Below are positions 26,919 to 38,671 of a DNA stretch of 64,000 nt, in pieces (within the stretch, counting starts at the first letter, position 1; each line of letters starts with the position of its first letter). The notes beneath the pieces were generated by a model, which made no database searches, was not told the DNA's origin, and was given only the letters and a program-made list of their open reading frames with translations. Source of the stretch: Camelus ferus. Taxonomy: Eukaryota. The stretch covers positions 188,001 to 252,000 of the forward strand of contig NC_045697.1 of NCBI RefSeq assembly GCF_009834535.1, in the 5' to 3' direction. Both the position numbers and the translations under genes were made by a program.

Positions 26919-27711
26919 GTGAGTGGTCGTCTTACTTGGGAGCCCTGCTCACCTCCCCTGTGGGCGGGGGTCAGGCCGCCCCCGGTGCTGAGGCTGAGAC
27001 TGAGAAGCACTGGCGGACAGAGGGGCTGAGTGGTAGGTCGAGTGAGGGGAGGCCCGGGGGCCCCGGCAGTGCCTGGAGGTGGGGCGCACGGGGACCACAG
27101 GACGTCCCAGGACTCTTAGTTCCGTCTGTTTTACTGCAGGATAGGCAAAACACCCTTTTGGCTTTGATGTAAAATTAACAGTGCTTTAAAATCTGAACAC
27201 ATCATAACAACTTTCTGAAATCTTTGATGCCGTGGTATTTTTCTAGTGGACCACACAGATTCCTGGGGTTTCGGTCTGCCCTGTGCCTCTAACACTCTGA
27301 GAAGGAGGGGGAGGCCCCGGCTGGCAGCCTGGTGGGGGCTCGCGGGACCCTGGGGAGGCGAGGCCACGAGGCAGCCAGGGACCCCGGAGTCCTGTCCCCG
27401 CTGCTCTCCCGAGGTGGGGTCTTCGTTTCAAAAGCGGAGCTGGGACAACGCAAGTTCTAGGAGTCGTGCGCTGTTTAGCGGGGCACGTTGAGGCACTGAG
27501 CGGTGGGGGGAGGAACGGGGCGGTGGGGGCTCCTCTGGGCCCCATCATTCAGGACGCCGCGTTCTAGAGACATGTCTCGGGCCCCTGACTCTTGGACATG
27601 CAGACTGTTATTACCGGGGCTTTTGTAGCGTTTTGAGTGCGCTGTGGAGCTGAAATCGCTGGGGGGGTATTTGGGGTTTGATGATGCAGTATTTTCTATT
27701 TTCGCTACAAG

Positions 27712-27800
27712 GAGAAACCAAAGCAGATGACAGTTCGAACAAAGAAGCAGCGGAAGAGAAGCCGGAAGAGGACAGCGATTACCACCGCAGCGACGAGCAG
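27712..27800 (+). CDS. PCGF3: PCGF3 coding exon 5 (acidic linker)
   Basis: ttttcgctacaag|GAGAAACC... encodes GETKADDSSNKEAAEEKPEEDSDYHRSDEQ. Donor CAG|gtgggc. Confidence 0.95.
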
Positions 27801-28179
27801 GTGGGCAGAGGGGCCCCGGGGACCCCCGGTGCCCTCCCCTGAAGCCCCGGAGGAGGCCGGAGACGCTAGCGTGTCCACAGCTTTCTTAGTTCTTTCCTCC
27901 AACTCTTTCCTTTTCCCTCTTTTTTTAATTGACAAGGTAATACACACTCACTGTAGAACATTTGAAGTGTAAAAAGGTTAAAGTTTGCCCTCCACCCACC
28001 ATGGGCATCCTCAGCCCACTGCCCAGGTGGTCACGCGAGGCGCGTGAGGCCGGGCGTCTTCCGTGCATGTGTGGACATTATGCAAAAGAAAATGGAATTG
28101 CAGGGCATCAAAAGATGGTGAAAATGTAACATGCAGGGGTCTGTTCATGTGTCACTTGCTACATTTTCAGATTAAAGGA

Positions 28180-28790
28180 AAACTAAATAATCACGGAGAT
28201 GCCGTGGAAGAATTTGATAAAGTCCCATCTACAGAACTTTTTATTGGTGTCTTAACTTGAAAGCTACAGCAATCATACTTTATGATGAAACAGAATTGTC
28301 TTATTAGTGTCAGAAACAGGGAAATGTCTGTACTCAGCTGTTACTCAAGAAGATTCGGGAGACCCTAACCCATACACTCGCGACAGAAAGAATGTGGACA
28401 GGGCGCCCCGTTCTCTGGCTGCACGTGTGACGTAGCATCTCAGCCCTGGGGCTGCTCGTTCGGGTGATGAGACCAGTGTGTCGTGGTCAGTAGCACAGGG
28501 ACAGGGGCTTGTCCACGCAACTGATGAAAACTTTAACACATCCTAACAAGGAGCGTGTGAGGCCGAAATGAAGACCCCAGACCTTACAGAGGAACACAGG
28601 AGGAAGCTCCGAGTAGCTGCGTGTTCCTGGTGGGAAGGTTGGGGTTAAGATGTCAGTTCGCTCCAAGTTAATTTCAGAGGTGTGATTTCACCATTTACTG
28701 TGGAACTTAACCAGCTGCTTCTGAAGCTTGTCTGGGAGAGGAAAAGCTCAGATAGCTGTGAGAAGTAGGGTGCTGTCCATACAGAATGTA
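28180..28790 (+). mobile_element. Old L1 ORF2 fragments
   Basis: gatgccgtggaagaatttgataaagtccc...aaagctacagcaatcatacttt...ctgcttctgaagcttgtctgg. Confidence 0.5.
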
Positions 28791-28821
28791 TGTGGTGCGT
28801 CCGCAGACACGCGCACACATG

Positions 28822-29098
28822 CAGGCAGCGCGGAGAGACCGCTGTGGTCACGTGATTGTCACAGTGAAGCGGGTCACGTATGCTGTTTAGTCTCGGCACA
28901 GGTAGGAGTTGTGTTCCCATTGCACTGTGCTCTGTTAAGTGTGTGACGGCATCATGCCCGAAAAACAACACACACTCATTGATCTAAAATTTTGTAAAAA
29001 GCAAAACGTGCCGTCATCTGACAACACAGGGTTGCCACAGATCTTGAATTCATAAAAAGCACGATGTCTGCAGAGCACAGCGAAGTGAGGTCTGCCTG
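28822..29098 (-). mobile_element. Tigger1-derived MITE (Tigger1a_Art-like)
   Basis: Terminal inverted repeat caggcag...ctgcctg; internal cagggttgccacagatcttgaattcataaaaagcacgatgtctgcagagcac. Confidence 0.7.
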
Positions 29099-31619
29099 TC
29101 CGTGTGTGTTCTGATACACACGTGTGCATTTAATAAATGGAGGGGTCACACATAGACACGTGCACTTACATTTATTAAAGACATAATTAAAATGGTGTGG
29201 TTTGGGGATAACAATAGAATATCAGAATATTAATTTTGCAGTTTATATGCTTCTGTATTGTTAAAAATTTCCACGAGCGTCACAGACATAGGCGCACGCG
29301 TGTGCTGGACAGAAGCAGTGCCCAGGTGAACGGAGAAAAGTATAAATGCTGGGGTGACGGGCACCCCGGGGCCCGCGTGCTGCTCCTCCCCTGGCTCTGA
29401 CCCGGCTGGGGTGTGAGTCCTCCTGGACGCCTCCCGGTGGCGTTGGGGGCCCACCAGGATCCGGGGTCCGGGCTGGCCGGCCCCTCCGGGCACAGGGCCG
29501 AGCGCCGTGTGTGAAGGTGCCCGGGGCTCTCCTCTCACTGAGCCCTGTTCTGTCGGGTTAATCTCCGGGATTTATGTTTATCATTACTAATTTTCGCCTT
29601 TTCTTTTCTATCCCAAACATGGCGGACTTGTGTGTTCGATTGATTGTTTTCAAAAGAGCCAGTGCTGGGTGTTCATGGAGCAAGAGTCCGGGTTTTCTCT
29701 GGAGCTGAAACCTTTGTGGCCATTGCTCTCCTTTCTGCACTTAAGGCAGATACTGTCCTGCTCTGGCAAGCAGCAGTTTCTGAGGCCGGGCTCCTCCTGG
29801 GCTGGGGGACTCCTGCCTGGCTGGGGGCATCCTGGTGCATCCCCCCCCCCCCGCCTCACCTCCAGCCACCCTCGCCTCCTCTCAGTCGGTGGGGACTGTT
29901 AACCCAGCTGCTTTCAGGCCCCAGTGATGCCCGTGCATCTGGGACTTTCTGTCGGCTCTGCCAGCCTTGTCCGTGGAGGAGCTGGACAGGGTTGTGTTTG
30001 TGAGTTAGTTCCGCCACCCTGTCCCGCCGCCCCGTCCACGTGCCCGTCCAGGGAGTTCTCTGCCCGGAGGATGCAGCAGCTGCTGCCAGGTGGGACTGGG
30101 GTAAAGGCAGTTCTCGGGGGGCAGGAAGATGAGAGTGAACACTTTCAAGAAATACTGAACGTCCTGCCAGGCCCACACTCAGCCTGCTTTTGAGCAGGTG
30201 GGCGGATGGGCTGCTGCGCTACAGCACGCGGAAGGGCCGCGCGGGATGTCCTGGCACTGGGAGGGAGGCGCCACGGTCTGTCTGTGTCCGGCCTGCCCTC
30301 ACCCGGGACCTGTGGCGCCCATCCCATTGGGACCCGCGGAGCTGACTGGCCAAGGTGCAGGGATGGGGCAGGGCCTGGGGCAGGGCGGTCAGACAAGGCC
30401 TGGGGGTGTGGCTGCTCTGCAGAGACCGGAGAGGCCAGGGCAGCCATGGGAGACCAGGCAGCATCCGTGGCTCAGACAGGCGATGGCGCAGAGGCCAAGG
30501 GCTTGGGACGTGTTTGGAGGAGAACGTGGGGGACTTGCGGGTGGTGGGCCTGTGGGCACTTGGCTGTTTGCTGACCTAGATCACTGAATCTCCACATGTA
30601 CGTACGTAGCCATAAGCACAGAACGCAGAACCTGTGTCTTTGTGCAGCTTACTTCTCCTATTAAAATTATATTTTTGAGACTTTTTGAGGTGCACGACGT
30701 ACCCACTGAATATTAGTTGGTGTGTGTGACAGTTTTGCAGCAGTGCCAGCGCAGCACTGTCTCCAGGGCTCCGCGTGCCCTGTGCTCACAGCCTTCCAGG
30801 CACTGCCCCGGCCTCCCGGGGCACGTCCAGCACACGTGTCCCAGACTCGTGTGTGGGTCAGCCCGTGGGCGAGGGGGGTGCCCGGCACTTGCATCCTGTC
30901 CCATGCAAGCCGCTTGCTCTGTTCCTGGCCTCTGGGTGTCGGGCGTCCCAACGTTTTCGTACTCGTTTTACGGGAGTTAGTCTTCTCTTTGCTCGTGTGT
31001 GTTTGTGTGGTTCTGTATTGAGTCAAGTAAGACAAGCAAGTCTTCTTCAGTGTTTTATCCTCTACCGACGTCTGTGTGAGACGGAGACCATCAGTTTTAT
31101 TGACTGTTGGTTAAACTTCCTATGAAGACGTCAGATCTTGATTAAGTTTTTTTGGAGAGAGGTAGGAATATTTTTAACCACAGATTAAATTTCTGTAATG
31201 GTTTTAGTCCTTCTCAAGTCTGCTGCTTTTCTAGTTCATTCTGCTCAGTCATATTTTCCCTAGGAACTTTCTAATTAGACTTAGGTTTCCTAATTTTTTG
31301 ACATAAAACAGTTCATGGAATTCCTTCTTCTGCCTGTGGCTTTTGCTGCACGTATAGTTATTTTTCCATTTCTCTTTCTGACTGCATGAGTGTCTTCCAC
31401 TTTCTCAGTCACTTTTGCCAGAGGTTTGACCGTGTTCTTTTCTGTTCATTGTTGCTCTTAATTTCCTTTCTTCTTCTCTTTGTAGGTTCCTTCTCTTAAG
31501 TTCTTGAGTTGAACATTCATATGGTTTCCAACTGTAGTAATTTGGTTCTGAATAGTTTTAAATGTTCATTATGACTTGTTTGACCCATGGGTTTATTTTT
31601 TAAAGTATGCACTGAAAGT

Positions 31620-32760
31620 TTTAAACATCAAATCTTCCTAAAAAGCTACAGTAATCAAGACATTGTGTGATAATGTCTTCACCAGTGGTGCTGGGACGGT
31701 AGGGTCCTCACATGCAAAGAGATGCATTTATGCCCTTACCTCACAGCATGCCCAAGAGTTAACTCAAAATTTGAGAGCGAAAACTTGAAGGCTTCGCAGG
31801 GAAACATGAGGGAAACTCTCTGGGACCTTGGGTTAGTTCTCAGATTCAAAACCAGCTGCGTTAACTCAGAAAAGAAAACTGATGAACTGACTTCATTAGA
31901 TTAAGAGCTGCTGTTCTTCAAAAGACCCCATTAAGAAGTAAAAAGAGGGGCCACAGACTGGGAGGAACATGTTTGCAAGTCACGTGTCCGAAAAGGACTT
32001 GTCTCTAGAGTATGTAACTCTTGTAACTCAGTAAGAAGATAAACAAACCAAGTTAAGAAGTAGGCAGAAGATTTCAGTAGATATTTCACTAAGAAGACAT
32101 GCAAAAGGCTAATGATCACATGAAAAGATGTTCAACATCGTTAGTCATTGAGGAAATAAAAACCCTAATGATACATGATGTTACACTCACGAGGATGGCC
32201 GCCGTCGAAAAGACACGTTGTCAGCAAGGATGTGGAGAAACGGGAACCCTCCCACTCTGCTGGTTGGAGTGTAAGTGGTGTGGCCCCTGTGGACAGCAGC
32301 TTGGCAGTTTCTCAAAGAAAGAGTTAAACATTAGTTAACCACATGATCCAGCACCTCTGCTCCTAGATGTGTGTGGAAACATGCATCCACACGAAGACTT
32401 GTCCGTGAATGTTCATAGCAACGTTATTCAGAATAGCCAGCCCTGAGAACGGTCCAAACGTCCATTGGCCAGTGAGTGGATCGACGAGACATGCTCTGTC
32501 CACACGGAGGAGCACTGGTCAGCACGGGCTGCATGCAGATGCGTCTGGAGACACGTGAGGACCACCTGTGCAGATGGACAGGGTTGCCTAGGGCTGGTAT
32601 GGGATTGGCCACAGAGGGTGTGAGCCTCATGGGGTGATGGGGACGACCTCAAACTGGACTATGATGGTGGTCGCACAACTTGACATTGACTAAAAATCAC
32701 TGAATTGCAGACTTAAAACAGATAAATGTAAATTATGCCTCAGTGAAGCTGTTAAAAAAT
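31620..32760 (+). mobile_element. L1 3' portion (L1M)
   Basis: aaagctacagtaatcaagacattgtg...cacatgaaaagatgttcaacatcgttagtcatt...aaagagttaaacattagttaaccacatgatccagca. Confidence 0.8.
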
Positions 32761-33469
32761 CACAAACATGCTTTTATGTATTTAAGTAGGTGGTGGACCC
32801 ACAGCCCAAAGATCAACATGACGTGACGGTCCCCTGTGCTCCCCAACTTCGCGGTCACCTGTGTTGACAGACCGAGCATTCTTTGAGCTCCTCCTGTGTG
32901 ACAGCTGTGCTCCCTGTGCAGGACGCGGTCCTGTGCGGGGGGGGGGGGGGGGGGGGGGGGGCGGGCCCCTCTGGTGAGCCCCTGTGCCACCAGTGGTGCT
33001 GGGTGTGGTCGACGTCCCGCTCAGAGGCAGGTCTGCGGGGTCATGCTGCTTCAGGCCTGGGGCGCAGGTCCTCGCCCATCAGGCGTGGGGCGCGGCAGCG
33101 CCCTCCCGGCCCCACTGTGACTGGACTGAGTGACTTCCCCTCAGTCCGCCGACGGCGGTTTGTTAGCAGAGCAGTCACTCGTAGAGATGTTTCCCTCCTT
33201 CCGGAGTGTTTTCTTACTCAGATTTCTGCCTTACAAGTCTGCCTTACGTGATATTAATAGAGCTCCGTCAGCTTCTTTCTGGCTCATATTTGCCTTGGTG
33301 TTTCCATTTTTTAACATCTTTCTTAAATGTGACACTTTTTACAGCAGAGAGCTGTGTTTTTTTAAAAAATCCAATCAGAAAATTCATTTAAATGACAAAA
33401 CAGTTTCACATTTACTATGTTGCTGGTGAGTTGAATGTATTTCTGCTTTAGTTTGTGCTTTCTGTTTAC

Positions 33470-34812
33470 ATTTTTTAAATTTAATTTAAAAAATGTTTTT
33501 AACTGAAGCACAGTCAGTTATAATTGTCAGTCTCTGGTGTACATGATGTGCCAGTCATACATACAATACATACATTTGTTTTCATATTCTTTTTCATTAA
33601 AGGTTATTAAAAGATACTGAATATAGTTCCCTGTGCTGTACGGGAGAGACTTGGTTTTTTTTTAATCTATTTTTACATATAGTGGTTAACATTTGCAAAT
33701 CACAAACTCCCAAAAATATCCCTTCCCACCGTCTTTCCCCCTAGTAACCATAAGATTGTTTACTAAGTCGGCGAGTCTGTTTCTGTTTTGTAGATGAGTT
33801 CACAGTGTCCTTTTTTTTTTTTTTTTCTTTTCTTTAGATTCCACATACAAGTGATATATGGTATTTTTCTTCCTCTTTCTGGCTTATTTCACTTAGAATG
33901 ATGATCTCTAGGCCCATCCATGTTGTTTGCAAGCAACATTATTTTATTCTTTTTTTCTGGCTGAGTGGTATTCCATTGTATAAATATACCACAACTTCTT
34001 TATCCGGTCATCTGTCAATGGACATTTAAGTTACTTCCATGTCTTGGCTATTGTAAATAGTGCTGCTGTGAACATTGGGGTGCATGTATCTTTTTGAATT
34101 AAGGTTACCTCTGTATATACGCCCAGGAGTGGGATTGCTGGATCATATGGTAAGTCTATTTTTAGACTTTTAAGGAATCTCCACACTGTTTTCCACAGCG
34201 GCTGCACCAAACTGCATTCCCACCAGCAGTGTAGGAGGGTTTCCTTTTCTCCACACCCTCTCCAGCATTTATCATTTGTGGACTTTTGAATGATGGCCAT
34301 TCTGACTGGTGTGAGGTGATAACCTCAATGTAGTTTTGGTTTGCATTTCTCTGATAATTAGTGATATTGAGCGTTTTTCATGTGCCTGTTGGCCATTTGT
34401 ATTCACTGGAGAATTACTTGTTTAGGTCTTCTGCCCATTTTTGGACGGGGTTGTTTGTTTTTTCTTATTAAGTTGTATGAACTGTTTATATATTCTGGAA
34501 ATTAAGCCCTTGTCAGTTGCATCATTTGCAAATATTTTCTCCCATTTCATAGGTTGTCTTTTTGTTTCATTTATGGTTTCCTTTGCTGTGCATAAGCGTA
34601 TAAGTTTAACTAGATCCCATTTGATAATTTTTGCTTTTACTTCTATTGCTTGGGTAGACCGCCCTAGGAGAACATTGCTGAGATTTATATCAGAGAATAA
34701 TTTGCTTATGTTTTCTTCTAGGAAGTTTATAGTGTCTTGTCTTATGTCTAAGTCTTTAAGCAATTATGAGTTTATTTTTGTGTATGGAGTGAGGGAGTGT
34801 TCTAACTTAATT
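33470..34812 (-). mobile_element. Relatively young, 5'-truncated L1 (ORF2 C-terminus + 3'UTR)
   Basis: ORFs 34031-34300 ([29 protein letters not shown]...YDPAIPLLG) and 34422-34763 (KWDLVKL...WEKIFANDATDKGLISRIYK) are L1 ORF2p. Confidence 0.92.
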
Positions 34813-35048
34813 CTGTGCTCCCTGCCTTGTGTGCCTTCTACTGAATCAGTAAATTTTATTTAATCTTCTTTTTTGCCTGTGCTGGGCAACTAATTGGCAA
34901 GGTATATGTTTGATTTTTATTATTTTAGCAATTACAAAATTCTAAAATGAATGCATTGTTTAAAAGTCGGAAATTAATACAAGTCTCTTCCTGCCTCCTA
35001 AGCGACACGAGAGTCTTGCCCCTTCCTGGCGCCTCCTGCTCCCCAGCC

Positions 35049-35102
35049 GGTCGGTCAGTCAGTTGGTCACTTAGTCGGTCAGTGGGTCAGTCGGACAGTC
35101 GG
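35049..35102. repeat. Degenerate (GGTC/AGTC)n tetranucleotide repeat
   Basis: ggtcggtcagtcagttggtcacttagtcggtcagtgggtcagtcggacagtcgg. Confidence 0.75.
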
Positions 35103-35816
35103 CCACTTCTCGTCTCCTAAACCCCAGCCAGTCAGTCCGCCTTAAGCTCTTTCTTTCTGAACTACGTCTTCTACTTATTTGCTGTTTTCATTCCTTGTCA
35201 CACACTGTCCACTCAGAGGTGACCATGACTTTGGACTTTGTGCTTTTGCTCACGGTGTGTCCTCTGCTCAGGTGCTCTGTCCTCTGGTGAGTCTGCGGTC
35301 TTCTTTGAAGGCCAAGAGTAATGTGACTTCCTGCAAGCCTTCCTCCAGGCATTCCTGCGGACACGGTGGTGTCTGCTGGTGTGACGTGTCTGTCCCTGCC
35401 GTGCTTCCACAGCAGGGAGCACGGTCCATGGGGCGACACACGTGTCCCAGCCCCCAGAGGCTTTCAGAGCAGGGTTCCAGCCTTTGTCGGTCCTGCCCCG
35501 AGGCCAGCACACACTGCCACAGTGAATAAATAATTCTTGGATTTACTTGAAAGCACTATGTTAATAAGACAACGCTAATCTTGTAGGGTTATATTTCACA
35601 CAATGGCAAACGGTAAGCGGGTTTTAAGGTAAGCTGTGTAAAGTGATTAGAGTTCTGTTTCTACAGTGTTTCTACAGTCAGAACAGATTCATGATTTCGA
35701 AAAAGTCAGCATCCTTAGACTTGGTGGGATTAGTACACGTCTCAGGGAGCCTCCAGGAGCGGCCCCGCCAGACCCCGATGCGGCCTCTGCCCAGCTGTGT
35801 GTCCTTTCTCTTAAAG

Positions 35817-35954
35817 GTGAGCATCTGCCTGGAATGCAATAGCAGCAAACTGCGGGGCTTGAAACGGAAATGGATCCGCTGTTCAGCCCAGGCAACGGTC
35901 CTGCATCTAAAGAAGTTCATCGCCAAAAAACTTAACCTTTCATCTTTCAATGAG
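35817..35954 (+). CDS. PCGF3: PCGF3 coding exon 6 (RAWUL domain, first part)
   Basis: ctttctcttaaag|GTGAGC... encodes VSICLECNSSKLRGLKRKWIRCSAQATVLHLKKFIAKKLNLSSFNE (138 nt). Donor GAG|gtaata. Confidence 0.97.
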
Positions 35955-36651
35955 GTAATAGTTGCACCATAGATAGAAACTGTGACAAGTCATTTTTTAT
36001 TCATAAAGGTGGTACTTCTGAAGTTCTTCGGGTTTGTTTATTTGTTTGTTTACAACTTTTTTGGAGACTTTCAATCAGAAAAAAAAATCTCCATTTGTTT
36101 TGCCTGCCCACAGAGAGTGTGAGAGTAAACAGCAGTGAAGGTTAGGGATCCGCCCCGAAGGGAAGCGGGGATGTCATGGGGCGGCAGCGGGATGTGCTAA
36201 AGGTTCTCATCACAGAGAAGTTCTGTTCTTTAATCCCACAGGCAGATGGATGGAGTGAGGGAATAGATGAGGGGGTAGATGGAGAAGACAGTCCCGAGTT
36301 GGGGTGAATGCTGAGAATGAAATAAAGCCTGTGTCCCAGGGGTGCACAGCAGAGGGTGGGCACATTAGGAGTCCCTGGGGAGCCCTCCGGAGCGTCACAC
36401 TTACGCTCAGGTGTAAGTTGTCAGAGGAGCTGGCCATGCGTAAGCAAGTGTGAAGAGAGGGCTTTGTGGGGCCTTAAGCAGGGGATTCATCATGTAAAAC
36501 AGTCCTCTGGCTGTGAGGAGAGTGGATTGTTGGGGTTCAGAGGTGGAAGCATGAGGGGCCAGCTGGGCCAAAGCCCCAGGAGAGATGGGCCAGGGCAGTG
36601 CAGTGAGGATGCAGAGAAGGGACGGCTTTTGAGATGTGTTTTAGAGAAGAA

Positions 36652-38670
36652 TGTGTTGGATTGTAGCCCCAAAGAGATGTGTCCACACCCTAACCCCCAC
36701 TGCCTGTGAATGTGATCTTTTTCTGGAAACAGGATCTTTTCAGTTGTAATTAAGTTATGGATCTTGAGATGAAGTAACCGTAGGTAATCTGGGTTGACCC
36801 TATACCCAACGACACATGCCCTTACAAGAGTGAGGCAGGGGGAAATTTGAGACACTTGTATGGAGGAGAAGATGGGTAAGGACAGAAATGAGATGGGAAG
36901 CATGTAGTCACAAGCCAAGGGATGCCTGGAGCCCCCAGAGTGAGTACAGCCCTGCTGGCACCTTGACTTGGAACTTCTGTCCCCCAGACTGCAAGAAAGT
37001 AAACACCTGTTGTTTTAAGCCACCAGGTTTGTGGTACTTTGTCATACCTGCCACAGGAAACCAAAACCAATCTTGGTACTAGGAAGTGGGGTGCTGCTCT
37101 AACAAATACCTAGAACTGTGAAAGTGCCTTTGGAATCGGATAAGAGGTAGAGGCTGGAAGAATTTTGAGAAACACCGTTTTTAAAGAATCTAATTGCCTT
37201 GAAGAGACTGTCGATATAAATACGATCTTTAAAGACGACTCTGGTGAGAATCCAGGAGGAACTGAGCAAGGTGGAGAAAGCGCCTGTCGTCTTTGAGGGC
37301 ACATGTCGCACAGAGACACGTGCCTTCTGCTGGAGACAGGAGCTCAAAGATGCTACTGACTAGAGCTCAGAAGGGGAAAGGAGCATCGTGTTGGAAGGGG
37401 GAGGACAACTGGCTGTGACCCAGCGGCAGGAAGCATGGCTGAATTGTGCTCCACAGTGGTGTGCAAAGCAGAGCTTGGAAGGGATGAACTTGGGTATTTC
37501 GCGAGGAGATTTCCCAGCAAAGTGTTGACGGTGTGGTCTAGTTTCTTCTTGCTGCTTGTAATAAAATACCAGAGGAGAGAGATGAATTCAGGAAAGAACT
37601 GCTGAGCAATATGGAACTAGCACTTGATGATTTGGAAAATTCACAGCACCCACTTGCACAAAGATGGTAATAGTAGGAGTTTCAGTGTTAGGAGAACATG
37701 CTCTGGAGAGAAGGCCAAGTGTGTGGCTGGAAACCTTTTGCTAAGGAGAGTAGTTGTTTTAATGGTGGCTCAGCCATCTCACGGGACCTAGGACTGGAGA
37801 GGAGGTATCCAGGGAAGATCTGTGGAGGCTGTCAAATGGCCTGGATCTCTGACATACATGGGAGACCCACAGAGGTTTTGGGAAATACCACCAGCTTGGA
37901 CTGAAGGGAACAGAGACAGGAAGAAATGAGAGAAGGCTGTCAGACTTCCAAAATCCTTCCTGCAGGAAATAGGCTGATAGAGCTGCTCGGCCACAAACAT
38001 GAGCTGCCCTTCAAGAAAAGGGAAGTCTGACTCCAAAGTAGAGCCTTGAGCCCAGAGGGTGAGGCCATCACAGGCCCAGAGGGCAGAACCTCGACCCACA
38101 GTGATGTATTCTCTTGAAAAGTCTTGAAACCTCATAGACTTTTCCCTGCTGGGTCTCAGAAGTTCATGAGACCAGTGATCCCTTTATGCCACTGTACCTC
38201 CCTTCTGGAGCAGGAGTATCTGTCCTGCCCCATGCTTGTGTCTTTGGAAGCAGATAATCTGTGTTCTGGTCTCACAGACCCACAGCCTTGGGAGAGGGCG
38301 TGCCGAGGCTCACCCACGCCTGACCCGGCTAGAAGGGAAGGCGTAGGGCTTGAACTTCAGAGGAGGTTTGGGGATTTGGAGTTGGTGCTGGATTAAGTCT
38401 CTTGGGATGTGGGGGTGGTGTGAGTGGATTTTGCATGTGGGGCAGATGTGGGTTTTTGCAGGGCCAGAAGGTAGACTGTAGTAGGTTGAATGGTGACCCT
38501 GCCAAAAGATACGCTCATTTCTAAACCCCCAGAACATGTGAGTATGACTTTATTTGAAGAAAAAGTTCTCTGCGGATGTGTAAAGAACCTTGGGGTGAAG
38601 AGACCATCCTGGATTACCCAGGTGGGCCCTAAGTCCAGTGGCAAGGGTCCTTATAAGAGAAGAGCAGGCA
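36652..38670 (+). mobile_element. MaLR provirus: 5' LTR (~36652-37066), MLT1-int (~37067-38476), 5' part of the 3' LTR (38477-~38670)
   Basis: Both LTR starts share tgt...ccaaa(a)gat...tgtgaatgtga/tgtgagtatga...tttgaag/ctggaaa. The internal part begins ttggtactaggaagtggggtgctgct and ends with the purine-rich tract gggccagaaggtagac. Confidence 0.8.
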
Positions 38671-38671
38671 A

